Shown here piece after piece: positions 29,548-39,509 of a stretch of DNA of 64,000 bases. How positions within the stretch are numbered: position 1 is the first letter of the stretch; each line of letters begins with the position of its first letter. The notes below the pieces were generated by a model, which worked only from the letters and a program-made list of their open reading frames with translations, was not told where the DNA came from and did not search any database. The stretch is from Planctomycetota bacterium (GTDB lineage Bacteria > Planctomycetota > UBA11346). The position numbers were made by a program, and so were the translations under genes. The DNA is taken from the NCBI GenBank assembly GCA_003136555.1, contig PLEW01000056.1, forward strand, positions 25,716 to 89,715, in the 5' to 3' direction.

Positions 29548-29953
29548 CGGGAATCCGCTGCGCTGGTCTGTCGACCAGGGAGAAAGCCTGAGGCCGAATG
29601 ATCACCGTCATCCTGGAGCCGAAGCGGCTCGCACCGGCAGTGGGATGCCTGCGGTTCTGTGCGAAGCCACCACCCCCGGGGTGCTCACCGCGGCAAACGG
29701 TTGTCTGCCATGACCGCCAGCATGGCGGTGCGGCCTCGTGATTCGCGCAGGAACAGGCATGTCGCTGTTCAAAGGCCACTGGAGAAGGCGTTCCCGTCTC
29801 ACGGCGATGTGGTCGCATGGCCCGGTCGCAGGGCTCGCAATCCGCGCTTCCGGCAACTTCCCTTTTCCCGGGACTGCCGGGCCCGTACCGTCGCCACCGT
29901 CCGGAGGATGCAATGCCATGGACGTCGACTCTCCGCAGGACAACGTTTCGGCG

Positions 29954-32536
29954 ATGACGCACCTCTGCCTGCGCCTGGTGGCAGCCGCGATCCTGCTGCG
30001 GCTGGCCTTGCCAAGCTGCTACGCCGGTGAGAGCCTCCCGCCGCGCATCCTGCCGGGCCAGCGTGCGGATAGCTCGATGCTGCTGCCCAACCAATGGTCG
30101 CTCACCCCAGCCGGACATCAGATCGCGGTCGCGGACTTCCCGGTCAACATTGCCATCCAGCCGCAAGGCCGCTATGCCGCGGTCCTGCACTGCGGCTTCA
30201 GCCGCCACGAGATCGTGGTGGTCGATGTCGAGGCGGAGCAGGTGGTGTCGCGGACGCCAGTGGAGGAGGCCTTTTACGGGCTGGTCTTTTCGCATACGGG
30301 CGAGCATCTCTACTGCAGCGGTGCATCGAGCGAGGGCATCCGCGCGTTCTCCTTCAAGGACGGCAAACTCGCGGACGGCGACCTGATGCCGCTTCGCGAT
30401 GCCAAGGAGAAGGGCATCCCCTGTGGGCTGGCGATCAGCGAGGACAATAACCGGCTATTCGTCGCCAACGTCTGGGGCCAGTCGGTGAGCGAACTGGACC
30501 TCCAGCAGAAGAAGCTGGTGTTCGACCTCAAGCTCACCACCGCGGTGCCGACTATCGTCGTACCGCCCTCCCAGCCGCTCGACGTTGACACCGCAGCTGC
30601 GACCAAGCGGGCCGAAGCGGCGCGGATCAAGGCCATGCCCGATGCGCCGTTCCCCTACGCCTGCGCGCTCGACCAGGCCCGCGATCGGCTCTACGTCAGC
30701 CTGTGGGCGCAGGCGGCGATTGCAGTGGTCGACCTGAAGTCCCATTCCGTGACCTCGACCATCACCGTGGACGATCACCCCAATGAACTGCTGCTCGATG
30801 CTTCGGGCCGCTCGCTCTATGTCGCCAACGCCAACCGCAATACCGTTTCGGTCATCGACACCAAGAACGGAAAGGTGCGGGAGACCCTGCTTGCATCGCT
30901 CTATCCCGACCTGCCCCCGGGAGCCACTCCCGACGGGCTGGCGCTGTCGCCCGACGGGACCCTGCTGTTCGTGGCCAATGCGACCATCGATGCGGTAGCG
31001 GTCTACGACGTGTCGGAGCCCGGCAAGAGCCGCTCGCTCGGCCTGATCCCGACCGGCTGGTACCCGACCTCGGTGCGCGTCACCCCCGATGGGAAGCGCC
31101 TGCTGATCGCCAATGGCAAGGGGGGCGAGGCGAAGGCGAACCCCGATGGGCCGCATCCGGGGGTCAAGGCCAAGGGCAAGGTGCAGTACATCGGCGATCT
31201 CCTGACCGGAACGCTGAGCATCGTCGCCTTGCCAAAGCGCGAGCAGCTGGAGGAGCAGCTCAAGACCTGGACCGTGCAGGTGCTGCGCAATTCGCCTCTG
31301 CATCCCGACCTGACCGTCACCGCGGCCCACCCAGCGGGTAATCCCATCCCGGAGAAGCCGGGCGATGCCTGTCCGATCACCTATTGCATCTACGTGATCA
31401 AGGAGAATCGCAGCTACGATCAGATCCTCGGCGACATCCATGAAGGCAACGGCAGTCCGGCGCTGTGCCTCTTCCCTGAAGCAGTGACGCCCAATCATCA
31501 TCGCCTCGCGCATGAGTTCGTGCTGCTTGACAACTTCTACGTCGATGCCGAGGTCAGCGCCGATGGCCATGAATGGTCGATGGCGGCCATGGCCAGCGAC
31601 TTCGTCGAGAAATCCTGGCCGCTCAGCTACGGGCACAACAAGAGCGGAAAATTCGCCTATCCGAGCGAAGGCCACTTCGCCATCGCCCGCCCCTCGAGCG
31701 GCTATCTGTGGGAGCGCGCTCAGGACGCCGGGGTGAGCTACCGCAGCTACGGGGAGTTCGTCGACAACGCCAAGTCGGTCAACGACCCCGGAACATCCCG
31801 GGTGAAGAGCCTCGAGGGCCATTTCGACCCGCGCTACCGCAGCTTCGATCTGGACTACCCGGACGCGCATCGTGTTGACGAGTACCTCCGCGAACTGAAG
31901 GGGTTCGAGGCGGCGGGGGACATGCCCCGTCTGCAGATCGTCCGTCTGCCCAGCGACCACACCAGCGGGACGCTCGCGGGCAAGCCCACGCCGACGGCTT
32001 ATATCGCCGAGAACGACCAGGCTCTGGGGCGTTTTGTCGAGGCGGTGAGCCATTCGAGCTTCTGGCCCAAGACCGCGATCTTCGTGCTCGAGGACGATGC
32101 GCAGAACGGCCCCGACCATGTCGATGCGCATCGCAGTCCGGCCTTCGTGATCAGCCCGTTCACCAGGCGCCACGTGGTCGACTCGACGATGTATTCGACC
32201 AGCAGCATGCTGCGCACCATCGAACTGGTGCTCGGCCTGAAGCCGATGACCCAGTACGATGCCGCCGCCGCGCCGATGTACGGCGCCTTCACTGCCGCCG
32301 CTGATCTTGCGCCCTATAACGCCTTGCCCGCCCGCGTCGATCTCGAACAGAAGAACGCCAAGACCGCCTGGGGCGCGAAGGCGTCATCGTCGATGGATTT
32401 CTCCAAGGAAGACGCTGTTGACGATCAGCAGCTGAATGAGGTGATCTGGCATTCGGTGCGCGGAGCGTCCAGCATCATGCCGGCGCCGGTGCGCGCCGCC
32501 TTCATCCGCATCCAGCCCGAACGCGACGACGACTGA
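29954..32536 (+). CDS. Secreted beta-propeller (YncE/YVTN-like) + phosphoesterase (PLC/AcpA-family) fusion protein
   Basis: N-terminal half has repeated LYVANxxxNTVSVID-type propeller blades. C-terminal half has the phosphoesterase signature YVIKENRSYDQILGD and DHVDAHRSP. The start is ATG 29954 (MTHLCLRLVAAAILL) or 29918. Confidence 0.75.
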   Translation: MTHLCLRLVAAAILLRLALPSCYAGESLPPRILPGQRADSSMLLPNQWSLTPAGHQIAVADFPVNIAIQPQGRYAAVLHCGFSRHEIVVVDVEAEQVVSRTPVEEAFYGLVFSHTGEHLYCSGASSEGIRAFSFKDGKLADGDLMPLRDAKEKGIPCGLAISEDNNRLFVANVWGQSVSELDLQQKKLVFDLKLTTAVPTIVVPPSQPLDVDTAAATKRAEAARIKAMPDAPFPYACALDQARDRLYVSLWAQAAIAVVDLKSHSVTSTITVDDHPNELLLDASGRSLYVANANRNTVSVIDTKNGKVRETLLASLYPDLPPGATPDGLALSPDGTLLFVANATIDAVAVYDVSEPGKSRSLGLIPTGWYPTSVRVTPDGKRLLIANGKGGEAKANPDGPHPGVKAKGKVQYIGDLLTGTLSIVALPKREQLEEQLKTWTVQVLRNSPLHPDLTVTAAHPAGNPIPEKPGDACPITYCIYVIKENRSYDQILGDIHEGNGSPALCLFPEAVTPNHHRLAHEFVLLDNFYVDAEVSADGHEWSMAAMASDFVEKSWPLSYGHNKSGKFAYPSEGHFAIARPSSGYLWERAQDAGVSYRSYGEFVDNAKSVNDPGTSRVKSLEGHFDPRYRSFDLDYPDAHRVDEYLRELKGFEAAGDMPRLQIVRLPSDHTSGTLAGKPTPTAYIAENDQALGRFVEAVSHSSFWPKTAIFVLEDDAQNGPDHVDAHRSPAFVISPFTRRHVVDSTMYSTSSMLRTIELVLGLKPMTQYDAAAAPMYGAFTAAADLAPYNALPARVDLEQKNAKTAWGAKASSSMDFSKEDAVDDQQLNEVIWHSVRGASSIMPAPVRAAFIRIQPERDDD

Positions 32537-32576
32537 CCAGGTCGGTTGCAGCGTCGGTCGGGCCCAGGTGCCGCGC

Positions 32577-33395
32577 TCAGCGGTCCGCCGTTGGCGGCCG
32601 ACCGGCCCAGCGACGATAGGCACCGCTGAAGGTGAAGGCATCGGCATACCCGACCCGCTCGGCGATCACCGCCACCGAGTAGGACGTGCGGGCCAGGAGT
32701 TCCCGGGCATGGGACAGGCGCAGCTCGACCAGGGCCTGGTGCGGGGAGGTGCCGAGATGCGTCCGCGCGAGACGTTGCGCCGTCGAGACCGAGACATCCA
32801 GACGGCGAGCGAGGCCGGTGAGCGACCACGGCTCACCTGGATGCCGTTCCACCTCGCGCCACAATTCGGCGAAGCGATCGGTCGGTGGTGCGGGCGCCGC
32901 CAGCGCGGTGAGATGCCGTAGCAGCAGCCCGGCGGTATCCTCCGCCAAGGCGCCCTGGCGGTCGAGCAGGTCGGTGAAGAGATCGGCCAGCAATGCCGCA
33001 GGTGCGGTGCTCTGCCAGATGGCCCAGCGCGATGACGGCCGCAGGTACCACCAGGCGATGCGCCAGCGCTCGCCGGCGATGCCCCAGCCCACCGCTGCGG
33101 GTGGCTGGGAGGCATAGAGCGATCCGGGTCCCAGGATGGTCTCCTGACGCGTCGTCACTGCCCAGCCTGAGCCCGCTGCGGTGGCGATGATCATCACCTC
33201 GCTCGGATTGGGTGTGGCGATGCGGTAGCCCGCCATGAGCTCGCTGACCCCGGCGAAGATGATGCCCGCCCGGCGCCAGGAGGCGAACTCGGGACGCTCC
33301 AAGGGGGCATAGCGCTCGCGGCAGGCAGCCGGGATCGTGACCGATTTTCGCAGGCAGAAGCGCAGATCGACCATGGTAATGCCGGATGATTTCAT
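32577..33395 (-). CDS. AraC-family transcriptional regulator
   Basis: HTH region: LTGLARRLDVSVSTAQRLARTHLGTSPHQALVELRLSHARELL...VGYADAFTFSGAYRRWAG. It is divergent from the PhyH gene. Confidence 0.8.
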   Translation of the reverse strand: MKSSGITMVDLRFCLRKSVTIPAACRERYAPLERPEFASWRRAGIIFAGVSELMAGYRIATPNPSEVMIIATAAGSGWAVTTRQETILGPGSLYASQPPAAVGWGIAGERWRIAWWYLRPSSRWAIWQSTAPAALLADLFTDLLDRQGALAEDTAGLLLRHLTALAAPAPPTDRFAELWREVERHPGEPWSLTGLARRLDVSVSTAQRLARTHLGTSPHQALVELRLSHARELLARTSYSVAVIAERVGYADAFTFSGAYRRWAGRPPTADR

Positions 33396-33428
33396 GGTAG
33401 ATTCCGAGAATCAACCGGAAAGGACATC

Positions 33429-34256
33429 ATGAGCACCACACCCCGCCTGCAGCGCTGCGCCCATCCCGGGACCCTGCCCCAAGGAGACGGCCACGACGAG
33501 CGCAGCCAGTACCGGGACGACGGCCTGGCGATCATGCGCGAGGGCCTGCCCGCCGCGCTCATCGGGGACGTACGCCGCCACCTCGATGGTCTGCTCGCGA
33601 CGCTTACCCCGGGACAGCGGCCGGAAGAGCTGATCGAGCCGCATGCGCGCGCCGCTGATTGGCGCTTTTGGCTCGAGCTCTGCCGGCATCCGGTGGTGCT
33701 CGCGGCGGTGGCGCGGGCGATGGGCACAAGCGAGCTCCTGCTGATCATGTCGCACCTGATCGTCAAGCCAGCGCAGGACGGCAAGGCGGTGGCCTGGCAC
33801 CAGGACATCACCTACTGGCCGTCGGTCCATGGCACCGAGGTGGGCACTGTATGGCTGGCCATCGATGATGTCGATCCCGGCAATGGCTGCATGCAGGTCA
33901 TCCCCCGCTCCCATGCCGAACGCGAGCGCATGCAGAAGATCGAGACGGATGGACGAGATCTGCTCAAGGTACGCGTGGCGGTGACACCGGAGCAGGAGCG
34001 CCTCGCGGTGCCCTGCACGTTGACGGCCGGCCATTTCACCATTCACGATGCCTTCGCCATCCATGGTAGCGCGGCAAACCGGAGTGCCCGCCGCCGGGCC
34101 GGCTATACGATGCGCTATGCCGATGCCTCGGCGGTGCAGGTCGATCTCGACCAGCACTGGGTGCCGGTCTACTACATCCTCGGCGACGGCAGCCGCTTCC
34201 GGCCCGGGATGCGTGATCTACGCGCTGGGCAGGCGCTCCCGGCCTCCCCGACCTGA
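33429..34256 (+). CDS. Phytanoyl-CoA dioxygenase (PhyH)-family Fe(II)/2-oxoglutarate oxygenase
   Basis: Motifs WHQDITYWP, VWLAIDDVDPGNGCMQVIPRSH and FAIHGSAANRS. Confidence 0.8.
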   Translation: MSTTPRLQRCAHPGTLPQGDGHDERSQYRDDGLAIMREGLPAALIGDVRRHLDGLLATLTPGQRPEELIEPHARAADWRFWLELCRHPVVLAAVARAMGTSELLLIMSHLIVKPAQDGKAVAWHQDITYWPSVHGTEVGTVWLAIDDVDPGNGCMQVIPRSHAERERMQKIETDGRDLLKVRVAVTPEQERLAVPCTLTAGHFTIHDAFAIHGSAANRSARRRAGYTMRYADASAVQVDLDQHWVPVYYILGDGSRFRPGMRDLRAGQALPASPT

Positions 34257-34347
34257 AGGCGCCCGCTGAGCCGTGGACCAGCACGCCTGGTCGCGGGCGC
34301 ATCAGCGTCAGGCCATGACGATGCGCCCTGCTGGCGGGATGCGCTGG

Positions 34348-35310
34348 TCAGCGGACCTTGGCCAGGGCGCTTTCGATGGCCAGCGCCAGATTCGGACCAC
34401 GCAGGTCGGTGGTGATGAGCACGCCATTGCCGTCAATCAGGAAGGCGGTCGGGATCGCGGAAACCATCAGGGTCTTCGCCAGAGGTCCGGTCCAGGAGTG
34501 GCCATCGAAGATCTGCGGCCAGGCGATGGCATTGGTGGAAATGAAGGTCTGCAGTTTTGGCAATTCGGTGTCCAGGCTGACGCCGATGATCTCGAGACCG
34601 CGATCATGGTAGGCTCTGTAGGCAGCCAGCACATTAGGCATCTCCTTCCTGCATGGTCCGCACCAGGTCGCCCACACGTCGACGAGCACGACTTTGTGCG
34701 CCCACTGGCTCAATGCCCACTCCTCACCCTTGGAGGTCTTGCTGCTGAGGGCCGGGAACGGCTGGCCGACGGCGAGGCCTTTGCCCGCATGTGGTGGCGC
34801 GGGCGCCGATGCTTTCGCCACCGGCTTTGTCAGGCTGGCCGGTAGGGGCTGTTGAGCAGTGTGGGGATGGGAATCGGCATCTGCCTGGGCCGCAGCCTGG
34901 TCCTTGGCGACAGCCTCGTTCTCCTGATCGGCGAGGTCCGAGATCAAAGCGGCGATCTCATCCGCCTGGGCGCCGATGGGGGGATTGCGTCCGAAGCGGC
35001 GGTAGAGCTCGGCGGAGAGATCGGCCCGTTCGCGCTCAGCGTTCGTCACTGAGCTGTCAACCTGGATGGGATGGGCGATGGCGAGGTAGGCATGGCGCAG
35101 CGCCGGGAGATTGGTGGGATCAGCGACCGGGATATGGCGATCCGAGAGCCAGACGACCAGGGCGAGGCGCTCGCCCAGGCCGATATCATCCGGGACATCG
35201 ACGGGTGTGTCGGCGTCTGCGGCGCTCAGTTGGCTCATCAGCGCCCCGTTGAGCACGCAGGCGAGCAGGAGCGCATGCCACGATGGTCTGGGGCAGGTGA
35301 ATGGGAGCAT
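34348..35310 (-). CDS. TlpA/redoxin-family thiol:disulfide oxidoreductase with unknown N-terminal module
   Basis: C-terminal thioredoxin fold with VLVDVWATWCGPCRKEMP. The N-terminal ~150 aa (signal peptide, GLGERLAL module, acidic/Pro-rich linker) are unrecognised. Confidence 0.8.
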   Translation of the reverse strand: MLPFTCPRPSWHALLLACVLNGALMSQLSAADADTPVDVPDDIGLGERLALVVWLSDRHIPVADPTNLPALRHAYLAIAHPIQVDSSVTNAERERADLSAELYRRFGRNPPIGAQADEIAALISDLADQENEAVAKDQAAAQADADSHPHTAQQPLPASLTKPVAKASAPAPPHAGKGLAVGQPFPALSSKTSKGEEWALSQWAHKVVLVDVWATWCGPCRKEMPNVLAAYRAYHDRGLEIIGVSLDTELPKLQTFISTNAIAWPQIFDGHSWTGPLAKTLMVSAIPTAFLIDGNGVLITTDLRGPNLALAIESALAKVR

Positions 35311-35556
35311 GGCAAGTCCCTTCTGAGTGGCATGAATGAGAGGTGCAGGTTCTGCTACAGAATGCTGAGGCGCTGTGGACTGTGCGATGGGTGGATCGAC
35401 ACCCTTCCCGCATCAGCGCGCCTGATAATAATACCCGCACAACCCGCCATATGCTACTGGGACTGCTCCATCCAGCCGTCGACTTCCTGGGGGTGTGTCT
35501 GCACGGCGAGCCCGGAGCAAGGGCGATGGCGGATGGACCGCGACATCGATGCGCCG

Positions 35557-36810
35557 TCACAGCCGCATGAAGATCTGCTTCCGGTGCAGGAACCAGGCGC
35601 ACAGCAGGATCAGCCCGATCGTTGCCGAGATGCTGACCACATTCCCAAGCCCTTGCGCCACATGGGCATCGAGGATCGCCCGCAGCGGACCGCCGACCAG
35701 GCGATCGGCGATGCCGCGGAGATGGACGAGATTCTCGCCCATGTAGACCACGATGGCATTCATACCAATCCACACGAAAGGGATGGTCCACGAGCGCCAG
35801 CCCTTGAGGTCGATGGACCAGTGGAACGCGGCCAGCAATAACAGGCTCCAGCCCCCCGCCACCAAGACGAATGAGGAAGTCCAGAGCTTCTTCACCACCG
35901 GGAATTCCAGGCCCCACAGCTCGCCGATGATGAGCAGGCCGAGCCCGCCACCAATCAGCAGGGCGAGGCGTGTGCGATCGCCGATGGTACGGTTCTGCAG
36001 CAGCAGCCCGGCGAAGACGCCGAGCAGGCAGGTGGCGATGGCAGGCAGCGTGCTCAACAGGCCTTCGGGGTCATAGTAGCGATCCCATTTGCGCCCCGGC
36101 AGATACTGGAAATCGAGGTGGTTCGCCAGGTTGTAGCCGGGCTCGAAGTGACCGCTCACCCGTGCCGTGGTGCGCGCGAAGAGCACCTGGGGATCATGGA
36201 TGCCGGTCTGTTCACCGAGCTGCTGGAAGGTGGTCGCATCGAGGCGGATATCGCGGATCGGTACCCACGCCATCAGCCCCCAGTAGCCGAGCAGCACGGT
36301 GAGGCAGGCGATCACCAAGCCCCGTGTCGAGAGCACGCAGAAGAGCAGGCCGGCGAACAGATAGGCCAGGCCGATGCGCTGGAGCACGCCCAGCAGCCGC
36401 ACATCGTCCCAGCCATGGCTGATGCCGCCATAGTAGACGATGCCAAAGGCAACCAGCAGCAACCCTCGGCGGATGATGCGCCTGATCGCCACGGAGCGGC
36501 CATCCCGGGCGATGGTCTTGCTGAGGGAGAACACCAGCGAGACCCCGGCGATGAAGACGAAGAGGGGGAAGATCAAATCCTCGATATGGAAACCCGCCCA
36601 ATCGCAGTGATCGAACTGGTGGGCGAGGCAGCCAGTGACCGGATCGCCGCAGAGCGCATGGATGGCCTGCACCAGCTCGTCGCCCCCCAGTATCCAGAAC
36701 ATGTCGAAGCCACGCAGGGCGTCGACAGATACCAGCCGGGTAGCGGTCGGTGCGCCGGCACCATGAGGAGCATCCGTGGGTGCCGGCGCAGGTGGGGTCG
36801 AGAGGGCCAT
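35557..36810 (-). CDS. Integral-membrane acyltransferase-like protein (DUF5009/HGSNAT-like)
   Basis: N-terminal signature RLVSVDALRGFDMFWILGGDE and about 11 predicted TM segments. Confidence 0.7.
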   Translation of the reverse strand: MALSTPPAPAPTDAPHGAGAPTATRLVSVDALRGFDMFWILGGDELVQAIHALCGDPVTGCLAHQFDHCDWAGFHIEDLIFPLFVFIAGVSLVFSLSKTIARDGRSVAIRRIIRRGLLLVAFGIVYYGGISHGWDDVRLLGVLQRIGLAYLFAGLLFCVLSTRGLVIACLTVLLGYWGLMAWVPIRDIRLDATTFQQLGEQTGIHDPQVLFARTTARVSGHFEPGYNLANHLDFQYLPGRKWDRYYDPEGLLSTLPAIATCLLGVFAGLLLQNRTIGDRTRLALLIGGGLGLLIIGELWGLEFPVVKKLWTSSFVLVAGGWSLLLLAAFHWSIDLKGWRSWTIPFVWIGMNAIVVYMGENLVHLRGIADRLVGGPLRAILDAHVAQGLGNVVSISATIGLILLCAWFLHRKQIFMRL

Positions 36811-36963
36811 GTCGTCCCTTGACGCCGTCAGCGGCTCACGACCGCGCCCGGCAGCTGGAGCGTAGGCGGTGGCAAGCCGGGCCTAGCGCAGGACGGCGAT
36901 CCGGCCGACTGGGCGTCTCACGGGCATGATACGCCCAGGCCGATCAGCCGCCGCCCGGTCGCA

Positions 36964-38115
36964 TCAGCCACCGGGCGTGCTGCCCCGGTGCGGCGGGCTG
37001 GGCGTGACGTCCCGCGCTTCCCGCGCCAGCAGGATGCGCTTGCGCGGCAGCCCCCAGCGGTAGCCGGCGAGCGCGCCGCTGCTGCGGACGACGCGGTGGC
37101 AGGGGATGACCACCGCCAGATCATTGGCCGCGCAGGCGCGTGCGACCGCCCGCGCGCCCTGCGGCATGCCGATCTGCCGGGCGATCTCGGCGTAGCTGGC
37201 GGTTGCTCCGCAAGGGATGCGGCGCAGGGCCTGCCAGACGCGCTGCTGGAAGATCGTTCCCTGGAGATCGAGCGGGAGCTCGGGTGAGGCGCTGGCATCC
37301 TCGATCAGGGCGATCACCTGGGCGACGAGACGGCCGAAATCGGCATCGCCAGCGATCAGGGTGGCGCGCGGGAAGCGCAGCTGCAGTGCGGTGACCAGCC
37401 CCCGCGACCGCGCGGCCAGGTTCACCGCGCACAGGCCGCGGGCGCTGGCGGCGACCAGCAGGGCGCCCAGGGAACAGCGGGCCAGGCAATAGCGGATGGT
37501 CTCTTCCTCACCACCAGAGCGGTAGGCGGATGGCGTCATGCCGAGACGCGCGGCGGCCGCGCGATAGAACACGGCGCTGGAGGCGAAACCGGCCCCATAG
37601 ATGGCTGTGGTGATCGTTCCGGGACGGCCCAGCTCGTCCTCCAAGCGCCTGCCCCGCGCCAAGGCCGCATAGCGCCTGGGCGTCAGTCCGGTGGCGGTGG
37701 AGAAGAGCTGGTGGAGGCGCGACGGACTGAGGCCGGCCGAGCGCGCCAACGTGCGCAGGGACGGGATCGGACCATCGGCGTCCAAGCGGCGGCAGGTCTC
37801 CGCCACCAGGTCGGCCTGGGCCTGGGCGGGGGATATGGTGTGCGGCCGGCAGCGCTTGCAGGGACGGAATCCCGCCTGCTCGGCATCCATGCAGGAGTCG
37901 TGGAAGGAGACGTGCTCGGGCCGGGCGCGGCGCGCCGCACAGGACGGTCGGCAGTACACGCCGGTGGTGCTGACGGAATAGACGAAGCGGCTATCTGCGC
38001 TGCGATCGCGGTTCACCACCGCGGACCAGCGCGGATCGCGGCTGGTGACCTGAGCACGGTGCTTTCGTGTGGTGGCAGCGGTGGATGTGGCCGGTGGGGG
38101 TGCGGGGGGGGTCAT
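36964..38115 (-). CDS. ada: Ada: methylphosphotriester Zn-domain + AraC HTH + O6-methylguanine-DNA methyltransferase
   Basis: Ada Zn domain (FVYSVSTTGVYCRPSCAARRA...GFRPCKRCRP), an AraC-type HTH, and a C-terminal MGMT active site IPCHRVV. Confidence 0.85.
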   Translation of the reverse strand: MTPPAPPPATSTAATTRKHRAQVTSRDPRWSAVVNRDRSADSRFVYSVSTTGVYCRPSCAARRARPEHVSFHDSCMDAEQAGFRPCKRCRPHTISPAQAQADLVAETCRRLDADGPIPSLRTLARSAGLSPSRLHQLFSTATGLTPRRYAALARGRRLEDELGRPGTITTAIYGAGFASSAVFYRAAAARLGMTPSAYRSGGEEETIRYCLARCSLGALLVAASARGLCAVNLAARSRGLVTALQLRFPRATLIAGDADFGRLVAQVIALIEDASASPELPLDLQGTIFQQRVWQALRRIPCGATASYAEIARQIGMPQGARAVARACAANDLAVVIPCHRVVRSSGALAGYRWGLPRKRILLAREARDVTPSPPHRGSTPGG

Positions 38116-38307
38116 GCTGGCATCCTACGCGCTGGCCCTGCCGTCTGCATCCCGATTCGTCCTGGCGAATTCCAGCACGCGGCGGGCCGGGGCCGCTCGG
38201 GGCGGGCCTGCGCGACGGCGCTCATCGGATGCGCAGGCAACGGGAGCCGCTGATGGCCGGTCAGGATGTGCATTGAAGTAGATGCCGCATCGGGTATGAA
38301 CGACCAT

Positions 38308-39489
38308 ATGATGCCCGTCAGCAGCTGTGCAAGTCCCATACGCCGGTTCCTGGAGCTGGGAATCATTGCCATCGCGCTCCTGGCGCTGGGCCGAGGCGAG
38401 GCGGCTGATCCACCGCCTGTTCCGGATCCCCTCGGCCTGGGCGAGCGGCTGGCGCTGATCGACTACCTCCAGGCCACCTATGGCATCCACCCCCCGCCGG
38501 GCGAGACGGTGGAGGATCTGCGTCAACGCTACGTGACGGCATGGAGCAAGGCGCAGGCGCCTGTGCCAGACGACGTGGCGGACCAGAATGAGCGCATCCG
38601 GCGCCTGCGCCAGCGCATCAGCGATCGTTTCCATCAGGATGCGGAGCCCACCCTGGATGAGTCGGCACTGGTCGACCTGCTCCACCGGCTGGAGAGCGAG
38701 CAGCAGGACAAGGACGATGCCGCCATCGCTGCCCGGGCAGCCAAGGATGCGGTCCGGCCGGCAACCCCAACGCCAACCCCGGCCAGCGGCAGCCCAATTG
38801 CCCACCTTGCTGCCGCCACGCCCAGCCCGCTGACCAACACGGCGTCCACTGGTCAGCTGATGAGACCTCAGACGGCCCAGATGCGAATTTCCTTCCCCGC
38901 CGATGGGGTCTCGGACTGCACCTACTGGCATGATGCCAAGCACGACCTGCTGATCGTCACTTTCGGCACCGACCACAACGGCGCCTTCACCAATCTCGAC
39001 ACCATGACCTGGCAGAGCTTCTGCCAGGCCACCGAGGTCCATCGCGCCGTGGCCCTGTTCGGGCATGGCAACGGGACGGGCATCGCCAGCCAATCCATCG
39101 ACGCTCACTTGAAGAAATACAAGGATTTCTATGAGTCGCTCGGCGGCCAGCTGCCTCCGCATCAGCTGGAATGCCTGCTCTTCGCCTCCTGCAGCGAGCA
39201 GAATGCCAACCAGATGACGGCCATGCGCGATGGCTTGGGCTATTATCCGACCTGGAAGGTGGCGGCAGGCGCTCGCACCTACATGAATGGCCCGGTCTTC
39301 CTGGCGGCGGTCCAGGCGGTGATCAACCGGCCGGCAGCCTCCACGTTCCGCGGCATATTCCGCTATGGACAGACCGGTGACGACGTCGCCTCGATCGGGG
39401 AGGTCGGCGAGGACGGGGAACGCGGCCAGCTGACCTACTGGCGTGTGCTCAAGTCCGCGAGCGGATTCACCACCACCGAGCAGCCCTAG
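38308..39489 (+). CDS. Secreted hypothetical protein (GLGERLAL N-module + unknown C-terminal domain)
   Basis: Track ORF 38266..39489. The likely start is ATG 38308/38311, before the signal peptide RRFLELGIIAIALLALGRGEA. I recognise no family. Coding is supported by its length, its codon-like composition, and the N-module it shares with 34348..35310. Confidence 0.5.
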   Translation: MMPVSSCASPIRRFLELGIIAIALLALGRGEAADPPPVPDPLGLGERLALIDYLQATYGIHPPPGETVEDLRQRYVTAWSKAQAPVPDDVADQNERIRRLRQRISDRFHQDAEPTLDESALVDLLHRLESEQQDKDDAAIAARAAKDAVRPATPTPTPASGSPIAHLAAATPSPLTNTASTGQLMRPQTAQMRISFPADGVSDCTYWHDAKHDLLIVTFGTDHNGAFTNLDTMTWQSFCQATEVHRAVALFGHGNGTGIASQSIDAHLKKYKDFYESLGGQLPPHQLECLLFASCSEQNANQMTAMRDGLGYYPTWKVAAGARTYMNGPVFLAAVQAVINRPAASTFRGIFRYGQTGDDVASIGEVGEDGERGQLTYWRVLKSASGFTTTEQP

Positions 39490-39509
39490 CCCGCGACGGC
39501 TGGGCCGGC

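Noticed and set aside
30455-32173. 572-aa ORF antisense to the propeller/phosphoesterase gene.
   Set aside because: It is a shadow ORF. It has no motifs, and the sense strand has the ENRSYD phosphoesterase signature.
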